NCBI GenBank assembly: GCA_036172245.1 | Contig: JAYWIR010000040.1 | Coordinates: 372,001-436,000, forward strand | Source of the DNA: Raillietiella orientalis | Lineage: Eukaryota | Reading direction: 5' to 3' | DNA: 64,000 nucleotides | Part shown: in pieces, positions 39,430 to 50,480 of the stretch | How positions within the stretch are numbered: the first letter of the stretch is position 1 | How the letters are laid out: every line of letters starts with the position of its first letter | Notes under the pieces: model-generated | Told to the model about the DNA's origin: nothing | The model's input: only the letters and a program-made list of their open reading frames with translations | The model's database searches: none | Made by a program: the position numbers and the translations under genes

Positions 39430-40180
39430 CACCCAGTCCTCTTCCCCTGCCGGAGATCTTCACACTAACCTTTCATTTACCCTCAAGACTGCCGCTTATG
39501 TGTTCCCTCAGGGAGGACAGCGTAGCAGCAATAGAGGTTCTTCCATGCATTCTCCAAGGTCTCCAAGAGCGAGCAGCTCCTGGAGACCTTAGACCGTACA
39601 GGAATCTTTGCTCCTGTTCCGGACATCGCTTCTGGTTCATCTCTCACGTGCAAGCGGATTCCTGCAACCAGGCATTACTGTTCGCGGGGCAACAGGAGAT
39701 TTAGGTATCGTGGATTCCTCATCAGGGTTGCCACCCGCCGGAGCTGCAGTCCACAGTAGATGTTGCGACGGCGGCGCGCAAAGGAGGACGCGAGTCCCTG
39801 CGACGCGAGTCTACCAGTGGCTTGCTCGACGAGGAGGCGTTCAGGTTGGCAACGGTTGGTGCTCCATAGTTTTTCCACGAAGGCAAGTATCCGGAACTGG
39901 AGCTGAAGCTCCTTTCGCTCCAGCTTCAGGGGGTCGACCCTACACGGAGCGCACAAGTCCTTCAGCCAAACTCGGCACCTCCTCTTGCCCAAAGAGCGAT
40001 TTTCAGGAGGTCCTTCGTCCTCTTCTTCCCTGTTGCAGGGATATTCCCTGCAACAGGAGGCGTTTTTCCTCACGAGCACCGTTCCGCGCTTAGGAAGACG
40101 GGGAAACTTTAGAGGGGGCGCTTTCTCAGAAGAAACCCAAGGAAGGTCTGCCCGAATCCGCCTTGGACAACCGGGAGTTG
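39430..40180 (+). mobile_element. LINE family fragment with RNase H-like region (copy D)
   Basis: 39555-39800 is homologous to 42255-42500 (shared GGGTTGCCACCCGCC(G/A)GAGCTGCAGTCCACAGT). Peptide SWIPHQGCHPPELQSTVDVA.AARKG resembles the RNase H segment W(I/V)P.H.G....E.AD..AK.G. Confidence 0.6.
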
Positions 40181-42199
40181 CCTGGGACTGCCAGATGCGG
40201 TAGCGTGACGTAAGAGATGGTGGTGCCGGGGAGTCGGTCCTCTGTGTGAGTTTGGGGAAAGGGTATGAATGGGATGAGAGTCTTCAGCCGTCCCGATCAT
40301 GCGGCGGAAGCTGCAGACGACTTTCCCGGTCAACCAGCACGAGGTGAGCATGCGCGCAAGGAATGGTGATGAGGAAGGGGAGGAGGAGGGGGATAGGAAA
40401 GATAGCAGAAGTGGTTCGTGCAACGCATCCTGCCGCAAGAATGGCGATGCTGTGAGTTCCACTCAGGTCTCCTTCTCAGCACGCGGGGGCATGGTTTCCT
40501 TATCTACTGCGCCTTTCGTTTCTCAGCGACGGGCCGAGAGCTGATGCCAGAATAAACCTCACGTCGAGTGGCCGAAGCGGCTGACATTTTTCCGTCGCGC
40601 TCGCTGAGTGGAATGCGTGGACGTGCTGCCTGCCGAACTGACCTGAGTCCCGACCGCTGCGCTCTCTACCTACTGCCGAGAGAGGAGATCGGTACGCATC
40701 CAACAGCTGACGAAACATTGGAGACAGGAAAGAAAGAACTCAGAGAATCGAAGGCAAAGAAAGAGACGTCCCTCGGCAAGGACTCAGCATCCACGGAGGA
40801 GTGTTGAAAGAGAGACGCCATCCAGCGTGAAGAGTGAATGATGAAGACATCGATCTCGTCTAACGTGAGAGGGCAGCTGGGTGAGCCAGAGGAGACCGCC
40901 ACAGGGGAAGCAAGGAATTCTCTTCAGCAAACCATCATGTGGTGCCCCTTCCAGAACCAGCAGCTCCTTTCCACCTGGAAGCGGGTGGAGCGGGGACGCT
41001 GCCCCTGGAAGCTTGGCGAATCGAGCTGAAGGATTCTTCCAGGTCCTTTTGACATCGACAATGGAAATCTCTTTTTCGAGCCTCGACCGGGTTGACTCTC
41101 CGCTCTCCCCATCCGTTACTCTCCAGAAGGGGCAGAAAAGTCAGGAAGAAAGGTGCAATCTAGGAGTCTCTTTACGATTCTATGCTGTCGGCCTATGCTT
41201 TGGAGTCCGACGAAGAGGATGCGGAGTTCCTCTCTTCCCCGAGCGCCCTAGGTGGATCAGCGGACCGAGGTCCTCCAACCATCACCGTCCCTTGGCCTCC
41301 CTCGGACGAGAACCTCGTGGAGGGGCGCTCGCTCCCTGCAATCTCTCGAAGACGGCGAGGCGGCAAGAGGAAAAGAGGAGGCAGGGACGCAAATGCTCAC
41401 CGGAGCGAGCGTGAGCGAGCGTGGGGTGGTTGCTTTTAGCACGTCCTGCTCCGGCCACGGGGAGGTGCTAACGAGCAGCTGGGGACCGCGGGCGTTTCTC
41501 CGGGCACAGAAACGAGGTGGAGCGGGAGTGACCTCTGTGTGGAGGTCGAGTGATGGGGGACAAAGGAGCGTCACGATGACGACGACAATGGGGGACAAGG
41601 AAAGGTAGGGCAAGGAGGAAGGGATGGTCCCTTTCAAAGCAGAAGCCAGTCAGAGCTCCAGGCTCCCCGACGAGGGCATCGCGGAACGCTTGCCTAAGAT
41701 GGTGCCACCTTGGAAGCGTTAACTGGTCCTTGACCATTTCGGCGATTCGTTCCAGGTCTTCCTTTTTTTAAACGTTACAAGAACAACATTTAAAAAAAGG
41801 AAGTCTGTCCGCGCTCGGGGTGGCTGCGCAGCTGCGTTTATTCCGCCGCGTGCGTACTGTCCTCACTCTTCCCTGATCGGCTGCCTGAGTACCTCGCAGG
41901 CAGCCTGCCTTCTTGGGTGTGTCGCGTAGAGGAGGAGGAGGGGAGGGGGGGAGGCGAAGCGCGATTTTCCGATCGGGACGTACCTGGAGTAGGTGCGCCA
42001 TGTTCCAGCTGGAAGACAGTTCCCCGAAAGCCAACGGTGCGCCCGAAGGAGCACCCCATGCTGCATGGGGGGATGGCTCGCTCAGCCCAGCTCCCGATTC
42101 GAATTCACGCTAAAAGAGCATTTGGTGAGGAGGCTGAGCGAAGCTTCCGTCTCTGCCTCTCGTGGCGCTGATGTCTCTGTGGACGAGAAAAGACATTCA

Positions 42200-43290
42200 C
42201 CAAGAATGCTGTTGTGCACTGCGTGAATGATCAAGAGCCCTCCGTCTCGTCGTTCAGGATCTCCAAGAGCTAGCAGCTCCTGTAAGGCCCGTACAGGAAT
42301 CTTCGCTCCAATTCTGGACATCGCTCCTGGTTTCTCGCCCACGTGCGAACGGTTTCCTGCAGCCAGGAGCTACCGTTCGGGGGGCGGCAGGAGATTCAGG
42401 CATCGTGGGTCCTGGTCAGGGTTGCCACCCGCCAGAGCTGCAGTCCACAGTGGGAGATGTTGCGGCGACGGCTCATAAGGGAGGACGCGAGTCCCCCGCT
42501 ACCGGTGGCCTACTGTACGAGAATGCGCGCAGGGTAGCACCAGGTGATGCTCCACATCTTCTCCATGAGGGCAACTATCCGGGAGTCTCCTCACATCAGC
42601 CAAGCAGCACCAGGCGTGGAATAGATTTTTTTTTTTTTTGGTTCTCAAGGAGTGTTCTCAGCTGCTCGCCCTCTCAGGGGGCAACTCACAGAGCTCTTCA
42701 GCACTGTCCACGCCACCCTAGGGTGCGAGTGACTCTTCAAGTTATAAAAGACAACCCCGGAGGGACCTCTCTCTGAATCCAGAAAGGCTCTGGAGTGCGA
42801 GGAGTCCGTTCCTGTTGCGCTTGGGAGAACCCTGAAGGGAACACGCGACCTGGTTGTCTCCAGAGGTGGCCCACAGAGGGGACCGCTCCTCAATTCTTCT
42901 CCGAAAGGAAGCTGCAAGGGAACATCTCGTTTCCTCCTCTGAAGAGAACCCACGAAGGGATGCTTTCCAATTTTTCTGAAGGACCGCTCCTCGAAGGGAG
43001 CAGCGCACTAATTCACACTCTGGAACCAACTCATTCCATGGAGCTGGTAGATTGATGCTGATCCACGGTACGAGTTGGAGGGGGTCTCTTCCGAGGAGGA
43101 GGGGGGAAGACTCCTTGATTCCAGGAAGGACCTGGAGGGTCCACTTCCAATCTCGGTCAATCAACGGGAGCATCCGGTTACCGGCTTTCGCCAGGGCCGC
43201 TCCTGAACAGACCAACCAGCATCATCTTACGGGGAGAAGTCGAAGCCCACAACGCAGTCCCCGTTCTCAGCGCCGATCAAGAATGTGGGT
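42200..43290 (+). mobile_element. LINE family fragment, RNase H-like region plus 3' part (copy C)
   Basis: The 5' part matches copy D. The 3' part (42760-43260) matches copies A and B (GATTCC(A/T)GGAAGGACC(T/C)GGAGG, GCATCCGGTT, CCAACCAGC(A/G)TCAT), linking all copies to one family. Confidence 0.75.
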
Positions 43291-43699
43291 GTGATGCACA
43301 CGCTAATGTTTCCTTTTACCCTCCTCCCTCCTCTCCAGCAGTGATGCATATGCAGTTGCCTTCTGAGGAAATTTGGAAACGTGCCTCAACGGGAAACTCA
43401 GAGCTACGGTTCTTTTCTCCGTTGATGTGGCAAAGGGCAGAAGAACGTTTCAAGGGATACCAGAACTTCCTTCCTGAAAATCAACGAAACTTTGCCCTGT
43501 AGGTTGCCGTGCTCCACCTTCCGCGAGACCGCTATCGTTTAATAACCTCTCTACGAGTCTCATCACCAAAGCGCTGTGGGATAAATACCAAGATGAACGA
43601 GGAAGTCTAGGAAGAAATGCTCTTGATAACCAAGAAAGCATCCATGCAGAAACAGAGCACCTCCCTAAATAAAAAAAATACGGGGGAAAATCACCGCAG

Positions 43700-45930
43700 T
43701 TGACCGGACAGGCGGAACGAATGGACTTACAGGAAGAGCAAGCAGAAAGACATCGAGTGCGGAGCAATCAAAGGCAGCGGAGACGGGAGTTTGCACAAGA
43801 TAATCGGGAACTGCGATCGTGCACTTCTCACTCCCTTCCCCAGGCAAGACGTGACGCGCTCCTGCACGAATGTGGACACGCGACAGCTTTCGAAGCAGCG
43901 AGAAGACATCCAGGTTCGTTTGCGCATCGAATGGTTCGGAATGCGCTGCTCCCGTTCCTCCCTGCCAGGTGCTTCCCGGTCTCCACGAGCATCAGCGAGC
44001 GATCGAGCGTGGGTGCGCTGCACGTGTTGCTGCCGCTGCACAGAGGCTTCGGTTGTGACGGAGCCGCCATGGGGCTTTGCCACCGGAGCATTGGGACCGG
44101 TGAGCCACGTTCCATCCCTCGATCTCCCCGCTTGCCGGCCGGGGCGAGATGCGCGGAGAAAGTTCGCAGGGGGCTGCGACCTTGTATCAGCCCTCAGCGT
44201 GCGAGCAGCCTCGGCGAGCTTTTTCGTCTGTTGCGGTCCATAGAGACCGATGGAGTGCAAGAGCCGAAGGTTCAAGCGCGCGTCCCGCTGGCGGCTCGGT
44301 TCGCATTCCGTTCCCGGATGCTTCCCGAAATGGGAAGGCGCGAACGCGGGTTGCAATCGAATCGGCCGCCGTCCGCGCGCGCCCTGCAAGCGGTCTGACC
44401 GACCACACCCCATCGCCTTTTTCCTCCTGACAAAGCGGCGGTTCTGGAGACCGGCTTCAGCACGGCGGCGCTGCTGGCGTCTTCTTCCGCTGTCAGGGAC
44501 CTCAGCGCTCTTCGGTCGTCACGGCGCCGCTCGCCGGAGCCCAGCCCGAGTTTCCTGCGACGGCCGCCCGCACCGGCGCAGCAGACCCTCCTACGGCCAG
44601 AGCTTCGAGTTGGTGCTGAGAGCATACAGGGAGACTGTGGCAACCCTCGTCGCGCTCGTGTCCGGGCACGCTTGCCGTGTCGGCTCGTGCTGGAGATCTT
44701 CTGCTGCTGTTCCCCATGTCCAGCCCGGCGTCAGCACTCGGGGTCTCGTCCGAGTTGCTTAGCCGCGGGACTAAACTTGAGGTGAACAGGGCCAAGCCGT
44801 CCATAGTGCTGACTGGCTCGACGTGGGCCGGACGGTCGGACTGGATCGGCTTGGGCATCCCCACGGGCGGGTACGTCAACCATACCTTGGCGTTCCGTTG
44901 ACGGACTTCTGCGTAGCAGAAAGCTGTGGTCCGTCCGTCTCCCCAAAGCAGAGATGGCGCTGGAGGAGGACCTCGGGCGGTCTCTTTTTGGACGGCCGCA
45001 GGGGCACGGCAAACAGAAAGCAGGGAGGGGGAGGGCGAGAGGAGCCCCGCAAACGCTTTCCACGGCGCGGCCCGTTCCGGCAAGCAAAAGACGAAAGGAA
45101 AAAGGAAACAAAACCAAAGAACAAAACAGAAACGAAAAGTTTGGAGGGATCGGAAAGGGCTCACGAAGTGCCGGAGGATGTCGTCTGCATCCTTGCCAGG
45201 ATGGCGTCAAGTTCCTGTTTCAGGATTTCCAGATGGGGCCATCTTGACGCTACGCCGCTCCCGTGCCCCGAGTTGCCTTACCTCCTGCTCCAGGGTCCCG
45301 CTCGACCGACGGTCGGTGGGTCTCAAGCAACGTTCGGCATGGTCAGCCCGCAGCACCGCCGCCTCCAAGGCTCGCGCAGGGTCGGAGGCGTTCCCTGCGC
45401 CGAAGGTGGGAATGCGCCTTCCCGGAGGACCCTTCCGGGTTGATGACATGTCCCCTTTCCCTCGGAGGGGAGTGCTTCGTGACGGGAAGGAGACGCGATT
45501 CCCCTCGTGCCGACCCGGGGTGGTGGGGCCCTTTACCCTCGTTTCCCTTCGTGTGTTTACGAAATTTGCGGCTCCAAACGGCGTCGTGAGGAGACTCGGA
45601 AGATCACTGGTACCCCCGGCGCGATCCAAGGGAGCCAGGAGCCAGCTGCCGTGGCTCGCGACCTCTTCCGGCAGCCGGCAGAGATGGGTGGGAGCAGAGG
45701 CAGCTCCAGTCGGTAGAGTAGGGGAGAGGCAAAACCTGCCCCTTCCTTACTCCTACCAGAAGCTGTGGTGTGCGTCTTGCAAGGGCAGATGAAGGCGGAT
45801 GGACAGAATAAGTGATCAGTGGAGATTGTGGTTTCCATGGCAACGCTTTCTTGGGGAAGGGGGGTGGGTGGGTAAGGGGGGGCAGGAGGAGAGGGCTATT
45901 TGCTTCCTCGCGTACTGTTCGGAAGTTCCG
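43700..45930 (+). mobile_element. Decayed L1/Tx1-like non-LTR ORF2 (reverse transcriptase), the substrate of the inverted duplication
   Basis: Frameshifted motifs in order: RPGRDA (cf. SPG.DG), *RPM (YRPI), LAARF, MLPEM..ERGL..NR (LP.II..Q.GF..R), QGD at 44627-44635, RAGDLLL at 44686 (YADD), TKLEVNRAK (GL.VN..K), LGIPTG, PELPYLLLQ, and P.AEGG..LP at ~45400 (PK..GGL.LP). Confidence 0.65.
43835..45851 (+). repeat. Right arm of the 2017-bp inverted duplication
   Basis: Mirrored ORF pairs such as 28086..28952(-)/44926..45792(+) and 29116..29628(-)/44250..44762(+) are nearly identical. Ends were determined by direct base comparison. Confidence 0.97.
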
Positions 45931-47499
45931 CCTGCCGACTTGCACCTCGGCACGTCTTTTAAAACCCACGCCGTCCTCCGTCGGACTCGCCTGCCCGCCC
46001 ACGGATGCTGTTCACGACACCTCCGTGTTCTTTCGATAGGTCTCAACATGGGCTCTCCATCCTCCCACGCACTACGAGACTCGCGGACGTAAATCTTCCA
46101 CCCTCTCGCCTAATATCTGGATCAGTGGTTCTTGGAAGACACTCATGTAACTTAAAAAAAATAAAGATAAAATAAAATCGACGTGAAGAACTCCGTGGGG
46201 TTTTTTTAAATTTGAAAAGCTGCCGTTCTCCGTGCATGAAATCGCCGTTCCCGGCAGCCCAATTCTGGAGCGCTCACATGCACGGCACGGGAACTCTCCA
46301 CATTGCAGCTCTGCGCTGTTATGCCCTCTGCACCAGCCACAGGGATCGAAACGGGCAGCATGTCCGTTCTAGGAATGCGCGGAAGCTGAAGTCCGTTAGG
46401 AAAAAAAAAAAAAAATGCTCTCCGGATCACGGGGTACGAGAGCAGGAATGCCAATTCCTTAAATTTTTAATTACAACAGTCAGTTCCCCCCCCCCCCTCC
46501 TTCCCTGCACCATACTGGCGCTCCCCAAATCCACCGGTCCTACTCTCTGGCGGTCTGTCTTCCTCAGGTTGGCAGCGCTGGCGACGGGTTTTCAAGGGGG
46601 GAAGGGATGCAGGAGGCGTGAAAATGGGCTCCCTTTGTTCGCCAGCAGCCTCACCCACGGGGCGCGCGGCACAGCGACCGTATGAGGGAAGCGAAAAGAC
46701 GGGAGCTCCAAATAAAGACGCGGTAGCTGCCTCTCCAGTAGATCGGGTTACCGAAGAGGACTCGGGGAGAGGTCCCGGAGCCCGTGCGGGGAAGCCTGGC
46801 GGACCATATGCAATGCCGGGGTCGCTTGCCCCGCGCTTTGTCTCGACCCCACGGCCGGAGTCCTGGGCAGCGCTCCATGCTGCGAGAAGGAAAGAGGACT
46901 GCGGGTCTGCCCGCTCGCTGCCCGCAACGTGGTGTCGAGGGGAGGCGGAAAGACGGGGGCCTGGAACGCGAGAGGCAGAGGGCGAACCCACATCCGGAAG
47001 ACCGCCTCCGGGAACGAACAAGTTCCTTTCGTCCCCGCGACTTTTGGAAGGACATGGGGTCCCGCCGTGCCTGCGTCGCCCATCAGCCGATGGCCACTCC
47101 GGGGGGTAAAGATTACTGGAGCGAACCTGGTCCCCGGGCGGCGGGTGGGACGCGAGGGTGGACAGGACGGAAGCACGGAAGAAAGGGAAGCCGCCTGCTA
47201 CCCCGCGTTCGTCGTGGGTCTCGGCCCGAAGTTTCCCGAATTTTCTGGCCGTCTCACTCAGGCGGCGAGCGAGCTCGGAGGGCACCGCGGGCTTCTGTGG
47301 AGCTCGTGCTGGGAGCACAGACTCCACAGAGTGCGCGCATCGGAAAGGAGGAGGGGAGGGTGGGAACCAAGGGGAGGTCTGGGAGATGGTGGGGAGGCCG
47401 TCCGCATGCGCGCGTTCGGCGCCGCCACACTCGCGTTCAGTCGCCCTGCACTCTGCGCGTGCTAGGACGCACCGCCGCAGCCGACTTCTAAGGGTTTCG

Positions 47500-47950
47500 T
47501 AGGGATTCGCTCTCGGGCGCAGGTCCTCTGCGTCCCAGGAGATCGGCTCCGTAGGCCGCTCCCAGAGGGGAGCAGAGCGCTTCTTGCACTCCGAAGGCAA
47601 CACCCCAGAGGGGGGGTATCAACCAGCTCCACGGTACGCAATGCAGGGCCCTATAGACCCCTCTCCCTCCAAAGTAACCCCGAAGGACTCCCTGATTCCT
47701 GGAGTGACCCTAGGGACCACTTCCAATCACAGCAGTCGATGGGGGCGTCTGGTTTCCGTCTTTCGCCAGTGCCACGCCCGGAGCGTATGAAGCCAACCAA
47801 CGTCACCTTGTGAGGGAACTCGAAACTCACATCGTACCCCCCGTCTCTCTGGAACCGGTCCTCCATGTGGAGATTGGAACCCACGACGATTGGAACTGTG
47901 CGCGTGGAGGCCACAGTCAGTGCGACTGTGGCCTCCACGCCAACGCGGGC
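47500..47950 (+). mobile_element. LINE family 3' fragment (copy E, more diverged)
   Basis: TGATTCCTGGAG, CCACTTCCAATC, GCCAGTGCCACG, GCCAACCAACGTCA and GAACTCGAAAC match copies A/B/C in the same order. Confidence 0.65.
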
Positions 47951-49117
47951 GAAGTCCTTTCCTCAGAGAACGCTCGCGAGGACGAAGAGGTTGCGCACAG
48001 CGCCGCAGCGGTGAGGCACGCGCACTGCTGGGATCTCCGTTCAGAAGACGGCACGGCGGGCAGGCAGGTGGGGAAACGAGAGCACTGCTCCCCTCGAGCC
48101 CTGTCGGTCCTCCTACAGCAGCAGAGCTCTCGGCGTGGGGCCTCCGCGTCGCGGCGACGAGACGAGGCGTAGGAGGGACGACGCCCACGCCCACGGCGAA
48201 GACGGCCGTGACGACACGATCGACGGTAGAGGGGCGATGACCACGAGGACGAGGAAGAGGAGGAGAAAAGGCGTGCCAGCAGGAACCAGCACTCGGAAAA
48301 GTTCCGCAGGAGGAGGCGGCTGGGAGCCGCTCGCGCGCCCTAGCGCCAGTTCCCTCCCACCTCCCGATGGCGGAGGACGAGACGTCCGGAAACGCCGCAT
48401 CTTTCGGGTCGCACCTCTTGGCTGCTCCAGAGCTCCGAAGAATCTTGCTTTCTTCTTGCTTCTGCGCTGCCTCGGGCGTGAGGACGGCGGCGTGGGAGCG
48501 GACCGAGAGGGGAGTTCCGTGGATCCCAGGGAACTGCGTCAGGGTCCGCCGCGCCATCCTCGTCTTTCTGCTGCTTTCTCCCTATTCCTCAAGGTTCAAG
48601 CAGGGAGGACCCTTCCGGAGGCGGGCTTCTTCTTCCTCCTCAGCAAAAGATCCGGCGAGCAGAGCAGCCCTCCTCACCTTCCTCCCCTGCCCGTGCTTCC
48701 TGGAGAGCGCAGTGGCTCCGGAACATCCCGGTTTTACCTCTTCTTTTTTTTCGTATTCCACTGCGACTGGTTTTGGGAGCACCTCAGGCAGCGGTCAGAC
48801 TTCCCATACCGCCTTTTTTCCCCCCTCCCCGCTCCCTTTCACCGTGGATGAAATTAGAGCGCAGGCGCGCCACCTCGTCCCCTAGCGGCATGACGGCAAA
48901 CTGCGCGAAAGGCAAGTCTCGAGCAGGCAAAACGGCTGCCAGGCGGAAATCCACGGCGGTGGCTCGGAATAGCATGCGGGCCGCAAACCCGTAACGCCGC
49001 AGTCGACTTCCGGTTATCCACGCGCCTGCCTTTACCCAGGGCCAGGCAACCTACTTACCGGGCCACCGGAGCGGACAGTCCAGCAGCTTGCGCCTCGAAA
49101 ATCCTTATGAATACGCG

Positions 49118-49140
49118 GATATATATATAAAGAAAGGAAA

Positions 49141-49178
<38 letters not shown>
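49118..49178. repeat. Interrupted (TA)n microsatellite
   Basis: Read directly from the sequence. Confidence 0.9.
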
Positions 49179-49299
49179 TTTCCTTTCTTTTCTTTTCCCC
49201 CTCTCTTTCCTCGAAAAGTGACTGCGCATGGCAAACGCACGCACGGGCAAGTGTGTCTCTGGAAATGCACTCGAAAAGGAAGGAAACGTGCAGATCTTC

Positions 49300-50480
49300 G
49301 AGAAGGGGAGTGACGTCACGGAGCATGACAAGGTGCGGACACTCAGAGCGATAAGCCTCCCTCCCCTTTCTCCCTTCCCTTGCCCACAGTTGGACAAACG
49401 TGGTTTTTCGGAACGACATCTGAGGAGCATTCCGAGTCGGTCGCGGGGACCGTTTCCCGTAGGTTCAGGGAACTCCGCGCCTACCCAAATCCCTCTGGCT
49501 GGCCGCTCCAGGAATGCCCGGTAAGCACGCCCCGACGCATGCGTGTTCCACACGTCTGTGCTGGGCTCTCAGCAAACACAGACGACGCGCTCGTCTTGAA
49601 AGATACAAATTGCTTAGCAGATGGCGTTCCCTGCCGTTTTTATGGCTCCAGCGAGCGGGTTGGCTAACGATCCTCGTTCCAATGAAAGGAAACGCATCGG
49701 TTCCACGACGCACTTTATCACACAGTGGGTTGCTGGCTTTTATCCTCCAAATGATCAAATGAAATTAGCAGCGACGAGTTGTATAGCTGGAATTCGCATC
49801 CCAGGAATGTGTCTCGGAGTCTGCGGGTTCGTGTCGCGCTCGCTAAAAATAAAAGACGAGAGCACGCATAACGGTTGGCGCGCCGTGGTCGTCGTGTCAT
49901 AGATGCCGGGTTCCGGAGGAGTGAAACCTGAGACTTCATCACCTTTCTCTCTCTTGCTCTCTCCGTGTTGTCAGTTTTTTCTTTTTTTTCTTTCTCTACC
50001 CTCCTCCTCCCCTCCCTGCTCCAGATGCGGCCCAGAAGACTGCTCCAGAGCGTGCCGGAACGAGAGAAAAGTTGGTTCGAATGGGGGAGACGAGGTGGGA
50101 TGCGAGCATCACGGCCGCTGCAGGGGCGCCAAACGCAGGCCGTAGTCCATCTCGAGCATGTCCGAACGGATGGGGAAACAAAAACGGATGCGAGGGATGG
50201 CAACACACGTATCGAAGCCAAGCAGGTTACCAAGAGCAAGCAGGGATCAGAGAGCGCTCGTTGCGCGTTCACTCCAGAGATGGCGCGGAGTTCGACTTCG
50301 ACTGAAGCACAGACGGACGACGAAGACGCCTTTCCTGCACCGCACGCTGAGTTCCGTCCACCCAAGGGACCAAGAGGGATGTGAAACAAGAGGCTGGAAG
50401 TCCTCTCGAGAGCGCGCGGCGATGCTTGCACGAACGGGCGCGTCTCCTCCTGCTCATTGCCTCTGCAAAATAAACGTCCT
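49300..50480 (+). mobile_element. Decayed hAT-superfamily (ZMYM1/THAP12-like) transposase
   Basis: Frameshifted motifs in order: SDVTEHDK (cf. TD.S..EQ), FSERHL (ERFL), ADGV...YG (YDGA..M.G), FVSRSLK (F..SPKR), KLVRMGETRWDAS with ETRW at 50087-50098, EAKQV, LCKINVL (IL..IN.LS). Confidence 0.5.

Noticed and set aside
28027..45851. Giant TIR transposon or Polinton/Maverick bounded by the 2-kb inverted repeats
   Set aside because: No TSD, the arms are decayed LINE RT sequence, and the interior has no intact transposase, polB, ATPase or capsid ORF.
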